A stretch of DNA of 64,000 nt. Origin: Candidatus Omnitrophota bacterium (GTDB lineage Bacteria; Omnitrophota; Gorgyraeia; 2-01-FULL-45-10). Positions 29,886 through 39,332 of this stretch are shown piece after piece. Below the pieces are notes generated by a model, which ran no database searches, was not told where the DNA came from, and worked only from the letters and a program-made list of their open reading frames with translations. Positions within the stretch are counted from its first letter, which is position 1; each line of letters starts with the position of its first letter. The position numbers and the translations under genes were made by a program. The stretch spans positions 128,998-192,997 of the forward strand of contig JAUYOL010000043.1 in the NCBI GenBank assembly GCA_030695905.1, written 5' to 3'.

Positions 29886-30292
29886 CTCTTCCCCGTCAGT
29901 CTGCAGGCAGGCCTGCCTTTAAGAAGAATCACGTTGGCCACCGCATAGTTTTTAGAATGAGACATACTCACTACCACCTCATCCACCTTCTTCTTTTTCT
30001 TTAATTTCAGCGCGGAGTTATTGAAAGATATTATCGGTTTACCTTCCTGGTCATTGAATATCTCTATATCCGTCCAGTTAAGAGGGTACTTTCTCGCTAC
30101 GCCGAAAGCTTTAACCACAGCCTCTTTAGCCGCGAATCTTGCCGCGAAGTGCTGCGGCGCGAAACGCTTAGAACTGGAATACTTTATCTCTTTTTCCGTA
30201 AATACTTTTGTAAGAAAATTATCTCCCCACTTATTTATCGCGTCGCGCATCCTGAATACTTCTACTATGTCTATACCTGTCCCGACTATCAT
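29882..30292 (-). CDS. acpS: Holo-[acyl-carrier-protein] synthase
   Basis: MIVGTGIDIVEV N-terminus of the 4'-phosphopantetheinyl transferase family. Confidence 0.85.
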   Translation of the reverse strand: MIVGTGIDIVEVFRMRDAINKWGDNFLTKVFTEKEIKYSSSKRFAPQHFAARFAAKEAVVKAFGVARKYPLNWTDIEIFNDQEGKPIISFNNSALKLKKKKKVDEVVVSMSHSKNYAVANVILLKGRPACRLTGKR

Positions 30293-31002
30293 TTTATCAG
30301 CTCCAACATGTCTTCCACCGCCTGTCTTAAACCAATCAATACGGCTCTCGCAACTATAGAATGCCCTATATTAAGCTCATTTATTCCTTCGATAGAAGCG
30401 ACTTCTCGGACATTATCATAATTCAACCCATGGCCCGCGTTAACTTCAATGTCAAGGGCTAAAGCATGCTCCGCCGCATTGGCTATCCTTTTAAGTTCCC
30501 CTTTAGCCGCGGCAGCGCTTTTGGCATTAGCGTATTCACCTGTATGAAGTTCTATTATCTTTGCCCCCGCTTTTTTGGAAGCCTCTATCTGTTTTTTCGA
30601 AGGATCTATAAAAAGACTTGTCTGAATGCCATTCTTTTCAAATCTTCTAATAACAGATGCTATCTTCTTCTCGTATTTTACCACGTCCAGGCCGCCTTCC
30701 GTAGTAAGCTCTTTTCGTTTTTCCGGAACAAGTGTGGCCTGGTCGGGTTTAACTGCGCAGGCAATATTAACTATTTCTTCAGCTATCGACATCTCAAGAT
30801 TAAGCCGCGTGATTACCGTGGCCCGCAACCTCTTAACATCAGCATCTTTTATATGCCGCCTGTCTTCACGCAGATGGCAGACTATCGAATCACAGCCCGC
30901 CTCTTCGCATATAGCGGCGGCTTCTACAGGATCGGGATAAAATATCCGCCTGGCCTCCCTTATCGTGGCGACATGATCTATATTAACGCCTAATTTTGCC
31001 AT
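30289..31002 (-). CDS. pdxJ: Pyridoxine 5'-phosphate synthase
   Basis: 237 aa; LGVNIDHVATIR N-terminus. Confidence 0.9.
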   Translation of the reverse strand: MAKLGVNIDHVATIREARRIFYPDPVEAAAICEEAGCDSIVCHLREDRRHIKDADVKRLRATVITRLNLEMSIAEEIVNIACAVKPDQATLVPEKRKELTTEGGLDVVKYEKKIASVIRRFEKNGIQTSLFIDPSKKQIEASKKAGAKIIELHTGEYANAKSAAAAKGELKRIANAAEHALALDIEVNAGHGLNYDNVREVASIEGINELNIGHSIVARAVLIGLRQAVEDMLELIK

Positions 31003-31162
31003 TATTTAATTTTTCGGTCTTGGCCTGCAAGATCTTGCGCAGAGCCTGCAGCTCTTCTTGTGAACCCCTGTTCAATTCATTTACTATATAAAACCATATC
31101 AAAAGCGCCAAAATAAATGAAAGGATCTTCAGCGGTAAATTCTTAGTAAAAAAACTTTTCAT
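30983..31162 (-). CDS. Putative small (59 aa) single-TM coiled-coil protein (FtsB/DivIC-like?), below ORF-track cutoff
   Basis: Minus-strand ORF MKSFFTKNLPLKILSFILALLIWFYIVNELNRGSQEELQALRKILQAKTEKLNNGKIRR lies in the cdaA-pdxJ gap and overlaps the pdxJ start by about 20 nt. A TM helix is followed by a leucine-zipper-like heptad. Confidence 0.3.
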   Translation of the reverse strand: MKSFFTKNLPLKILSFILALLIWFYIVNELNRGSQEELQALRKILQAKTEKLNNGKIRR

Positions 31163-31188
31163 AAAACCGGACGCCCGATTCGCCTTCC

Positions 31189-31980
31189 TTATTTGATAGT
31201 AGGAGAAAGCTTAGACAATACGCTCAAAAGCTTCTTCCCTTTAAGCTGTTGTGGATTATGAAATACTTCTTTTAGTAACTTTACAAGATCATCTTCGGAG
31301 ATCTTATGTATGAGCTTCCCGCCCATACAGACCGATATAGCTCCGGTCTCTTCGCTGACTACAACGCATATGGCGTCGGTCTCCTCGCTTAAACCTATTG
31401 CCGCTCTATGCCGGGTACCAAAAGATTTCGATATATTAGTTTCCTGTGAAAGCGGTAATAGGCACCCTGCCGCGATTATCCTGCCGTGCTGTATTATGAC
31501 AGCGCCGTCGTGAAGCGGAGCTTTTGAGCTGAATATGGATATTATAAGCTCCTTCGTCACTTTTCCATCTATCGGCACGCCGCTTTCTATATAAGTCTTG
31601 AGGCCGCCTTCCCGCTCGATAGCTATAAGCGCGCCTGTACGATTTTGCGAAAGATATGAAGCGGCCCTCGAAATCTCATCGACAATACCTTCTTCCTCCT
31701 GGTATATCCCGAATTGGCCAAGCCTCGCGAGCCCCTGCCTCAATTCCGGCTGGAATATTATTATAAGCGCTATTACCGAAAGTGGAAAGAGGCTCATCAT
31801 GACCCACGATATAGCCTCGAGCCTTAACTGTCTTGCCGCGACGAAGATAGCTCCTATTATTACAAGCCCTTTGAGAAGTTGTTCTGTGCGGGTTCCCTTT
31901 ATAAAGAGGAGTATCATGTAGATAACATACCAAAGTATGATTATCTCTATGCCTATTTTTATATATGACCAAAGATACAT
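31189..31980 (-). CDS. cdaA: Diadenylate cyclase CdaA (c-di-AMP synthase), membrane-anchored
   Basis: N-terminal TM helices plus a DAC domain with the DGA and RHR motifs (HDGAVII...TRHRAAIG). Confidence 0.85.
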   Translation of the reverse strand: MYLWSYIKIGIEIIILWYVIYMILLFIKGTRTEQLLKGLVIIGAIFVAARQLRLEAISWVMMSLFPLSVIALIIIFQPELRQGLARLGQFGIYQEEEGIVDEISRAASYLSQNRTGALIAIEREGGLKTYIESGVPIDGKVTKELIISIFSSKAPLHDGAVIIQHGRIIAAGCLLPLSQETNISKSFGTRHRAAIGLSEETDAICVVVSEETGAISVCMGGKLIHKISEDDLVKLLKEVFHNPQQLKGKKLLSVLSKLSPTIK

Positions 31981-31993
31981 TGGCGGTATCTTT

Positions 31994-32818
31994 CTATTTT
32001 ACAATGCTATCCACGACGCGCACTGCCTGTGAAACCTCTTTAACATCATGGACTCTCAATATATCAGCGCCATTTGTTATCGCAACGGCGCAGCTTGCTA
32101 TAGTGCCGAACAATCTGTCGCCAGGGTCATCCGATCCCAATATCTTTCCGATAAAAGATTTGCGTGAAGTCCCTATGCATATCGGACAACCGAGAGATTT
32201 AAATTCACCCAAATGCCTTAAGATTTCTAAGTTATGAAATAAGGTCTTGCCAAATCCTATGCCGGGATCCACTACGATATTATCTTTTTTTACTCCGCAT
32301 GCGACGGCGATCTTTATTGACTCTTTTAAATGGGCGGATATTTCTTTGATGACATTCTCGTAGCGGGGCGATCTCTGCATCGTTTGGGGTGTGCCTTTCA
32401 TATGCATCAAGACTAAAGCGGCGCTATGGGCCGCCACAACATCTGCCATTGAAAGATCGTATCTTAGGGCGGAAATATCATTTACTATACTGGCGCCTGC
32501 CTTCAGGGCTTGGTCAGCGACATTTGCCTTACGGGTATCTATCGAGATAGGTTTTTTTATTCTGCCTGATAGAGCCTTTATTACAGGAATCACTCTATCT
32601 AATTCCTCATCAGCGCTTACCTCTTTTGCGCCGGGCCGTGTCGACTCCCCGCCTACATCTATTATATCTGCGCCACACGCCGCCATGTCTATTGCGTGGC
32701 TTACGGCTTTCTTCCTATCAAAGAATCTTCCCTTATCAAAAAAGGAGTCGGGCGTTACATTAAGAACGCCCATAATTAATGTCTTTGAGCCTATTTTAGG
32801 CAGTAACCGGCGAAGCAT
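31994..32818 (-). CDS. folP: Dihydropteroate synthase
   Basis: Pterin-binding barrel (IMGVLNVTPDSF..). Confidence 0.85.
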   Translation of the reverse strand: MLRRLLPKIGSKTLIMGVLNVTPDSFFDKGRFFDRKKAVSHAIDMAACGADIIDVGGESTRPGAKEVSADEELDRVIPVIKALSGRIKKPISIDTRKANVADQALKAGASIVNDISALRYDLSMADVVAAHSAALVLMHMKGTPQTMQRSPRYENVIKEISAHLKESIKIAVACGVKKDNIVVDPGIGFGKTLFHNLEILRHLGEFKSLGCPICIGTSRKSFIGKILGSDDPGDRLFGTIASCAVAITNGADILRVHDVKEVSQAVRVVDSIVK

Positions 32819-34670
32819 CGTTACCTAATCCAAGCAACGCTTTCACTTGCTCAACATCCATTACTTCTTTATCGAGTAATTTCTCAGCTAAAATTTTCAG
32901 CTTATCTTTGTGCTTAGTAAGTTCTTCTTTGGCTTTGTTATAACAGTTATCGACTATATTGCGCACTTCCTGGTCAATAACCTGCGCGGTCTGGTCGCTA
33001 TAGTTCTGCTCTTCCACTATATCCCTGCCCAAAAATACCTGTTCTTCTCTGCGTCCAAATGTAAGATGGCCTAACTTATCGCTCATGCCGAATCGCATCA
33101 CCATCTTCCTCGCAAGCTCGGTCGCCTCTTTAAGGTCCTGGCTGGCGCCTGTAGTGATTTCATTAAACATTATCTCTTCAGCTACTCTTCCGCCCATCGA
33201 ACATATTATCTTTACGGTTAAATCTGTCTTGGAATAGTAATATTTATCTTCGACAGGTATCTGGATAGTATATCCGCCCGCCATTCCGCGCGGCAGTATA
33301 GTAACTTTATGCAGAGGGTCAGCGCCTTTGATAACGAGAGCGAGTATCGCGTGACCTGATTCATGATAGGCCGTCAACTCCTTATCCTTCTTGGACATTA
33401 CCTTGGACTTCTTCTCCGGGCCAGCGATAACTCTTTCCATCGATTCCTGCAGTTCTTTGAGCGTAACACTCTCCTTATCGTGCCTTGCCGCGAGAAGCGC
33501 CGCTTCATTCACGAGATTCGCGAGGTCTGCGCCCGAGAATCCCGGGGTCTGTCTCGCTATAATAGTCAAGTCTACGCTCTTATCCACTTTAACATTTTTA
33601 GTGTGCACTTTAAGTATCGCTTCGCGCCCTTTTATATCTGGCCTATCTACAACTATTTGTCTATCAAAACGCCCGGGCCTCAAAAGCGCGGGGTCAAGAA
33701 CATCGGGCCTGTTGGTCGCGGCAATCAATATTACGCCTTCCTGAGTGTTAAATCCATCCATCTCGGCTAAAAGAGCGTTTAAAGTCTGCTCTCTTTCATC
33801 ATGCCCGCCGCCGATACCGGCAAACCTTAATCTGCCTACAGCATCTATCTCGTCGATAAATATTATGGCTCCTCGACCCGACTGTTTTGCCGATTTCTTT
33901 GCCTGTTCAAACAAGTCCCTGACCCTTGAAGCGCCCACGCCTACGAACATTTCGACAAAGTCGGAACCTGATATCGAAAAGAATGGCACGTTTGCTTCGC
34001 CGGCTACCGCCTTGGCAAGAAGAGTCTTTCCCGTTCCCGGAGGCCCCATTAAAAGAACGCCTTTTGGTATCTTTCCGCCAAGTTTCTGGAATTTTTTAGG
34101 GTCTTTTAAAAACTCTATTACTTCTTTTAATTCTTCCTTGGCCTCATCGACGCCCGCGACATTCTCAAATGTTATTTTAAGACTGTCCCCGGACGCGAGA
34201 ATAGCGCGCGATTTGCCGAACGACCATATCCTGCCGGCACCGCCGCCCCCGCCAGGGCCCGCGCGATATGCAAAGAGCCACAGGAACAATATCAATAATA
34301 CTGTCGGGCCAAGATAATAAAAAATATTCGACCAAAAAGTCTTTAACGGCTTAATGTCGAAGTCCTTGACATTGTCGCGTAATAGCTGCAATAGCTGCTG
34401 ATCGTTCTCGGGTATGTTTACAATAAACCCCTGGCCGGCCTTTAGTTCTCCCCTCAAAATACTATCCGTCTTATAACATGACGCTATAGCCTGGGGATTC
34501 TCTTTTACCATTGCGTAGAACTTTGAATACGTGATCTCCTGTACAGGCTTTGCCCCGCCCTGAAACCACGGATGAAATAGCGTAAATAATCCAATTGCTA
34601 TCAAAAACCATATTATAAGATTCGAACCGCTTTTCTGTGGAACCTGTTTCTTTAAACTTTTCTTTTCCAT
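32796..34670 (-). CDS. ftsH: ATP-dependent zinc metalloprotease FtsH
   Basis: 624 aa with AAA Walker A GPPGTGKT and the zinc-binding HESGH. Confidence 0.95.
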   Translation of the reverse strand: MEKKSLKKQVPQKSGSNLIIWFLIAIGLFTLFHPWFQGGAKPVQEITYSKFYAMVKENPQAIASCYKTDSILRGELKAGQGFIVNIPENDQQLLQLLRDNVKDFDIKPLKTFWSNIFYYLGPTVLLILFLWLFAYRAGPGGGGGAGRIWSFGKSRAILASGDSLKITFENVAGVDEAKEELKEVIEFLKDPKKFQKLGGKIPKGVLLMGPPGTGKTLLAKAVAGEANVPFFSISGSDFVEMFVGVGASRVRDLFEQAKKSAKQSGRGAIIFIDEIDAVGRLRFAGIGGGHDEREQTLNALLAEMDGFNTQEGVILIAATNRPDVLDPALLRPGRFDRQIVVDRPDIKGREAILKVHTKNVKVDKSVDLTIIARQTPGFSGADLANLVNEAALLAARHDKESVTLKELQESMERVIAGPEKKSKVMSKKDKELTAYHESGHAILALVIKGADPLHKVTILPRGMAGGYTIQIPVEDKYYYSKTDLTVKIICSMGGRVAEEIMFNEITTGASQDLKEATELARKMVMRFGMSDKLGHLTFGRREEQVFLGRDIVEEQNYSDQTAQVIDQEVRNIVDNCYNKAKEELTKHKDKLKILAEKLLDKEVMDVEQVKALLGLGNDASPVTA

Positions 34671-34745
34671 TTAGATTACTCCATTTTGGTGGCTATTGTA
34701 ACAGATCGTAATGAATATATCAAGAAGAACACCGCGGCGGTGAAA

Positions 34746-35747
34746 TTAAGCTCTCTTCATAAAAACCAAAGACGTTGCAGTTCTTGTTATGCGTATGTCT
34801 CCGGGTAGATCCAGGGCCTTACCCTTGCCCCTATAAGCTATCAACTGTTCCAGCTCCTTCCAGTGCCTGAATGAGAGCCTCTTCACTTCCCCTCCGCTTT
34901 TTTCGAGTGAATCTCTCAATATCTCTTTCTGAAGCGCTTTTGGCTGAACAACTATATCCTTAAGCTTTATCTCAACGCTGCCGCCTTTACCCTTTGCGCC
35001 TTGGACTCTGGCACTGCCCTTTGCCTCATTTATGAACTCAAAGTCTTCTCTTAAATGTTCTGCGAGACTACACAGAGCTCTTTTTAACCGCGGATTATGC
35101 TTTTCAAGATATGGCACGATCTCGCTACGGACAACGTTTCTGAAATATATAGATTCCAGATTAGAGCTGTCCACTCTGTAAGCAATGCCTCTTTCATCAA
35201 GGTACTTCTCTATCTCTTTCTTCTCTAATTCAAAAAGCGGCCTGACTATGTTTAAGTCGCCTTCCTGCCTGACCGGAGAAATACCGACAAGACCTTTTAA
35301 AGAAGCGCCCTTAATTATACGCATTAATACAGTCTCGGCCTGATCATCCAGCGTATGGCCTGTAGCAATGACATTCGCCTTTACAGCCTTTGCGGCGTCA
35401 TTAAAAAATTTATACCGCTCTTCACGCGCCGCTTCTTCGGTGGAAATGTTTTTAGATTTTTTTTCGGGCAAATTAATCATTTTGTGGATAAATTCCAGAT
35501 CGGAGTCTTCCGCTAATTTTTTCACAAATAATGAATCTTCACTCGATTCCTTGCCGCGAATACCATGATCGAGATTGCAGACCACAAGCTTCTTTAGTTT
35601 TAATTTTGATTGCAGAAATTTAAGCGCAAGCATTAAAAATACAGAATCAGGCCCGCCGGATACCGCGACAAGCACCGTATCGCCCGGTTTAAACATATCG
35701 TAGTTACGCGTGGTCTTTAAAACACGCTCTATCAGATTATTCTTCAA
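34746..35747 (-). CDS. tilS: tRNA(Ile)-lysidine synthetase
   Basis: PP-loop VAVSGGPDS; 333 aa. Confidence 0.85.
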   Translation of the reverse strand: MKNNLIERVLKTTRNYDMFKPGDTVLVAVSGGPDSVFLMLALKFLQSKLKLKKLVVCNLDHGIRGKESSEDSLFVKKLAEDSDLEFIHKMINLPEKKSKNISTEEAAREERYKFFNDAAKAVKANVIATGHTLDDQAETVLMRIIKGASLKGLVGISPVRQEGDLNIVRPLFELEKKEIEKYLDERGIAYRVDSSNLESIYFRNVVRSEIVPYLEKHNPRLKRALCSLAEHLREDFEFINEAKGSARVQGAKGKGGSVEIKLKDIVVQPKALQKEILRDSLEKSGGEVKRLSFRHWKELEQLIAYRGKGKALDLPGDIRITRTATSLVFMKRA

Positions 35748-35761
35748 TTGTAGGTTTTTGT

Positions 35762-35838
35762 TGGTAGCGGGAGTAGGATTTGAACCTACGACACGCCGGG
35801 TATGAGCCGACTGCTCTGCCAGACTGAGCTATCCCGCC
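35762..35838 (-). tRNA. tRNA with anticodon CAU (elongator Met or lysidine-modified Ile2)
   Basis: Reverse complement reads GGCGGGATAGCTCAG...GTCGGCTCATACCCGGC...GGTTCAAATCCTACTCCCGCTACCA. It lies immediately downstream of tilS. Confidence 0.8.
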
Positions 35839-35860
35839 AAATGATGAAAGACGCTATATA

Positions 35861-36769
35861 TTATACTTCTACCAGGTTTTTGTCAATACTTTGGGCCTCA
35901 TGCATACTGCCTGTCCTGTATCCGCCGAGATCCAAAGTCACATACACAAAACCAATATCTTTTAACTTCTTTACAATATCTTCTTTTAATTTCAATCCCA
36001 GACTCATCCGGTCTTGAGGGATTTCTATGCGCGCCATTGAGCCATGCATGCGCACTCTCACCTGCCCAAAACCTATCCTGCGCAAAAAATCCTCGGCCTC
36101 GCCTATCCTCAAAAGCCCGTCTTTGGTTATAGGATCGTTAAAAGGAAACCGCGACGCAAGGCATGCTCCGGACGGTTTATTCCATGTTGGAAGTCCCAAC
36201 TTTTTTGAGAACACCGATATATTGCGCTTTGTTATGCCGGCCTCAAGCATGGGTCTCTTTACATCTAACTCTTTTGCCGCCAAACTACCATATCGAATGT
36301 CTTTAAGGTCGTCGAAATTCGTTCCGTCTATGACATGATCCATCTTATACTTATTGCGGATCTTCGTTAACTTATTGAATAATTCTTTTTTGCAATAGTA
36401 GCACCTATTGACCGGATTCGCCCGGAATTTATTTGACCGCAGTTCATTTGTACGGATAACGATATGCCGCGCGCCTATAGATTTTGCGACTGTAACAGCG
36501 TCTCTATACTCAGATAAAGTATAGGTCTCGGACCGGGCGGTAACAGCGATGACATTATCCTTGCCTAAAGCGTCTATCGCGGCTTTAAGCAAAAAAGTAC
36601 TGTCTCTACCGCCGGAATAGGCGACAACTACCCGCCTAAGATCTCTTAAGATATTTTTTAGCTTGTCTATCTTCTTCACTAAGTCTATTTCTTTGCTTCT
36701 TTTAAATCCAACACTATCCAGACTATGCTTATCACTGAGATTATCAGATAAGCATACATGGTCTGCCAC
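35861..36769 (-). CDS. PP-loop ATP pyrophosphatase of the LarE / TIGR00268 family (sacrificial sulfur transferase-like). True start likely downstream of the track start, at a non-ATG codon
   Basis: Contains VVVAYSGGRDS and the conserved Cys (GACLASR). The track ORF overlaps the upstream gene by 85 nt. Confidence 0.65.
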   Translation of the reverse strand: MADHVCLSDNLSDKHSLDSVGFKRSKEIDLVKKIDKLKNILRDLRRVVVAYSGGRDSTFLLKAAIDALGKDNVIAVTARSETYTLSEYRDAVTVAKSIGARHIVIRTNELRSNKFRANPVNRCYYCKKELFNKLTKIRNKYKMDHVIDGTNFDDLKDIRYGSLAAKELDVKRPMLEAGITKRNISVFSKKLGLPTWNKPSGACLASRFPFNDPITKDGLLRIGEAEDFLRRIGFGQVRVRMHGSMARIEIPQDRMSLGLKLKEDIVKKLKDIGFVYVTLDLGGYRTGSMHEAQSIDKNLVEV

Positions 36770-37302
36770 AGCCCCTGCTCTATCGATATCTGGATGGGTA
36801 GACTGGAAAGATCTACAGTCATCATATTATATAATCCGCCAACCGCTATGCCGCCGCTTGATACCGCCATGCCTATAACGGCTATCTTATTTTTAAGGCC
36901 GACTATAGCTAAGCCGATACACACAAGCGCCAATAACGGCAGTAAATATACAAGCATGCTCTTCTTGTCCAGATCTTTCGCGTCCTTAAACATGACCGAT
37001 GCTATAGCGATAGCTATCTGGGAACTCTTCTTGTTTATAAGAGTCGGTATGTCATAACCGCTTACGACTGTTTTTATCCTGATATCGCCTAAATCCGATA
37101 TTTTATCCGTAGCTTTGTCGAGGCCTCTAATAAATTTTCCGGCAAAAGGGGTATTTTCAAGCATACCTCCTGTGGCTGATTCCGTCAGGCCCTTGGCGAC
37201 TTTGGTAGCCGACACACTTGCCTTAGCCCACGGCATAAAAAAACCGTGTATAATAGCTATCGCGCATATGACTATTAATGACAACAAAACCACTTTCCTC
37301 AT
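36685..37302 (-). CDS. Hypothetical membrane-anchored protein (205 aa)
   Basis: N-terminal signal/TM segment plus C-terminal TM helices. No recognisable motif. Confidence 0.5.
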   Translation of the reverse strand: MRKVVLLSLIVICAIAIIHGFFMPWAKASVSATKVAKGLTESATGGMLENTPFAGKFIRGLDKATDKISDLGDIRIKTVVSGYDIPTLINKKSSQIAIAIASVMFKDAKDLDKKSMLVYLLPLLALVCIGLAIVGLKNKIAVIGMAVSSGGIAVGGLYNMMTVDLSSLPIQISIEQGLWQTMYAYLIISVISIVWIVLDLKEAKK

Positions 37303-37321
37303 ACGCCCTCCCTGCCCGCCG

Positions 37322-37957
37322 TTAAGCAGGCTTTTTTTGTTTCAATCCGTCCACATACCTTTTTACCGCTGCGCCTATGCTGGCGAAGTCCTTCTTCGCA
37401 AGCCACTCTTTCTTAAACACACCGGCACCGAAGGCTATAGCCGCGGCGCCATTGGCGAAATAATCATTCATATTTTCGGGCGTCACACCTCCGCAAGCAA
37501 GTAATTCGATCTCATTAAACGGCCCTTTTATCTCTTTAAAATACTTCGCGCCGAAACAGCTCGACGGAAACACCTTGACCATTGTTGCCCCGGCATCCCA
37601 TGCGTTATATATTTCCGAAGGTGCTAGGGCTCCCGGGAAAACCGGTATTTTATTTCTTACGCAATATTTCACAACATCCTCCACCATGACCGGCGTTACT
37701 ATGAATGTGGCGCCCGCGTCCAATGCTGATTTTAACGAATCTTTTTTTAATACCGTACCTGCTCCTACGGCAATCCGGCCTTTCGCGCATCGAGCCATTT
37801 TAGCTATAAGGGCCGCGGCGCCATTGGTATTCATCGTTATCTCTATCGCGCCCAAGCCCGCGAAAATAACCGTTTCGGTCAGCTCCTCGATAACATCGGG
37901 TTCGATTCCGCGCAATATGCCTATAACGGGTTTTTTCTTAAACCTGGCTATGTCCAT
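37322..37957 (-). CDS. eda: KDPG / 4-hydroxy-2-oxoglutarate aldolase (Eda family)
   Basis: 211-aa TIM barrel with Eda-like GAGTV and GATFIVTP. Confidence 0.75.
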   Translation of the reverse strand: MDIARFKKKPVIGILRGIEPDVIEELTETVIFAGLGAIEITMNTNGAAALIAKMARCAKGRIAVGAGTVLKKDSLKSALDAGATFIVTPVMVEDVVKYCVRNKIPVFPGALAPSEIYNAWDAGATMVKVFPSSCFGAKYFKEIKGPFNEIELLACGGVTPENMNDYFANGAAAIAFGAGVFKKEWLAKKDFASIGAAVKRYVDGLKQKKPA

Positions 37958-38907
37958 TAATCCGATTCTTCTCCCATAAAACTATCATAAAATTCTCTGT
38001 AATTTTCTTTTTTGGCGCTCTCCCTTAAAGCTATGGCCGTCTTAGGATGCTCGTCTAATATGCCCGTTATGGCGTATGGTATAACATAGCCCCATTCCAG
38101 CTTTTCTCTCAAAGGAATGAACTCTTTTGATATAACATCCAGTATGGGCCTGATATCGTATTTAGGATTCTTCAAGAAACCCAACAATAATTCCGTCGGG
38201 CAATTGCCAGCTGCCCTCCCCAAGCCGTATATGCTTCCATCGACATAGTTAGCGTCATGAATTATCGCTTCTATGGTATTGCCGAAAGCGAGCTGCTGAT
38301 TATTATGCGCGTGCATACCTATCTCTTTGGTCTTAAGTATGCTCTTAAACTTCTTTACCAAAAATTCTACCGACTCCTGATAAAGCGCGCCGTTGGAATC
38401 TACGACATAAATTATCGGCGCCTTACACTCTTCCTCAAGCTGATGAAGAGCTTCGATTAGCTCATTATCAAGAGCGCGCGAGATTGCCATTATGTTCACG
38501 GTAGTCTCATACCCCTTATCCGCGAAATGGTTTACCAGGTATATCGCCTTGTCGATGTCTTTAACATACGAAGCGACGCGCACCATAGATATTACGGAAT
38601 CTTTCTTCTGCGGGACATCGTCAAGGTCTACACGGTCAACGTCAACCATTATGGAAAGCTTTGTCTTTGACGGGATCCCTTCAATGGCCTTCTTTATATC
38701 ATCCTCGTCGCAGAACTTCCATTTGCCGTAATCCTTTGGCGAGAATAATCTTCTGGAGTTCTTATACCCTATCTCCATATAATCTATCCCGGCCTCGGAT
38801 ATGGCTTTGTACACTTCCCTTACAAACCTGGGCTCAAAATTATGGTTATTCATGAGCCCGCCGTCTCTTATTGTGCAATCCAGTACCTTTATCTTTTCTC
38901 TAAACAT
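37957..38907 (-). CDS. HMGL-like (DRE-TIM metallolyase) aldolase domain protein
   Basis: LDCTIRDGG N-terminal motif of the pyruvate carboxyltransferase / 4-hydroxy-2-oxovalerate aldolase family. 316 aa, catalytic barrel only. Confidence 0.65.
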   Translation of the reverse strand: MFREKIKVLDCTIRDGGLMNNHNFEPRFVREVYKAISEAGIDYMEIGYKNSRRLFSPKDYGKWKFCDEDDIKKAIEGIPSKTKLSIMVDVDRVDLDDVPQKKDSVISMVRVASYVKDIDKAIYLVNHFADKGYETTVNIMAISRALDNELIEALHQLEEECKAPIIYVVDSNGALYQESVEFLVKKFKSILKTKEIGMHAHNNQQLAFGNTIEAIIHDANYVDGSIYGLGRAAGNCPTELLLGFLKNPKYDIRPILDVISKEFIPLREKLEWGYVIPYAITGILDEHPKTAIALRESAKKENYREFYDSFMGEESD

Positions 38908-39307
38908 CTCTAATCTCCACCTTCCTGCGTAATTCTTTCTTTTCAGAATGAATTTTCTTGTTATGAAGCATCTTATCCTTCGCCCTTTTGGACCTCTTCC
39001 TTTTCTGCCTTCTTATCTTCTCTATCCTCTTTCTCTCTTCCGACTCACGGCCCAAAACGGCCGATTCTATCTTTCCGACGAGGACCTTCCTTGCCATATA
39101 TCTATTTAACGGCTGTGAACGTTCGCTGAATGCTTTTACCTCAATGCCGGTAGGAATATGCTTTAAATATACGCCTGTCGAGGTCTTATTTACATTCTGC
39201 CCGCCGGGTCCGCGTGAACGTATAAAGTGTTCTTCGAGGTCGCTTTCCCATATAGAGAAACGCCGCATCTTATCCGCAAGTGCTTTTGCCTTCTTTTCTG
39301 ATATCAT
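38900..39307 (-). CDS. arfB: Alternative ribosome-rescue factor ArfB (peptidyl-tRNA hydrolase, RF-like)
   Basis: GGQ motif (RSRGPGGQNVNKT) plus a basic C-terminal tail; 135 aa. Confidence 0.8.
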   Translation of the reverse strand: MISEKKAKALADKMRRFSIWESDLEEHFIRSRGPGGQNVNKTSTGVYLKHIPTGIEVKAFSERSQPLNRYMARKVLVGKIESAVLGRESEERKRIEKIRRQKRKRSKRAKDKMLHNKKIHSEKKELRRKVEIRDV

Positions 39308-39332
39308 ACTGCACTACCAACTTTTAGCCGGC

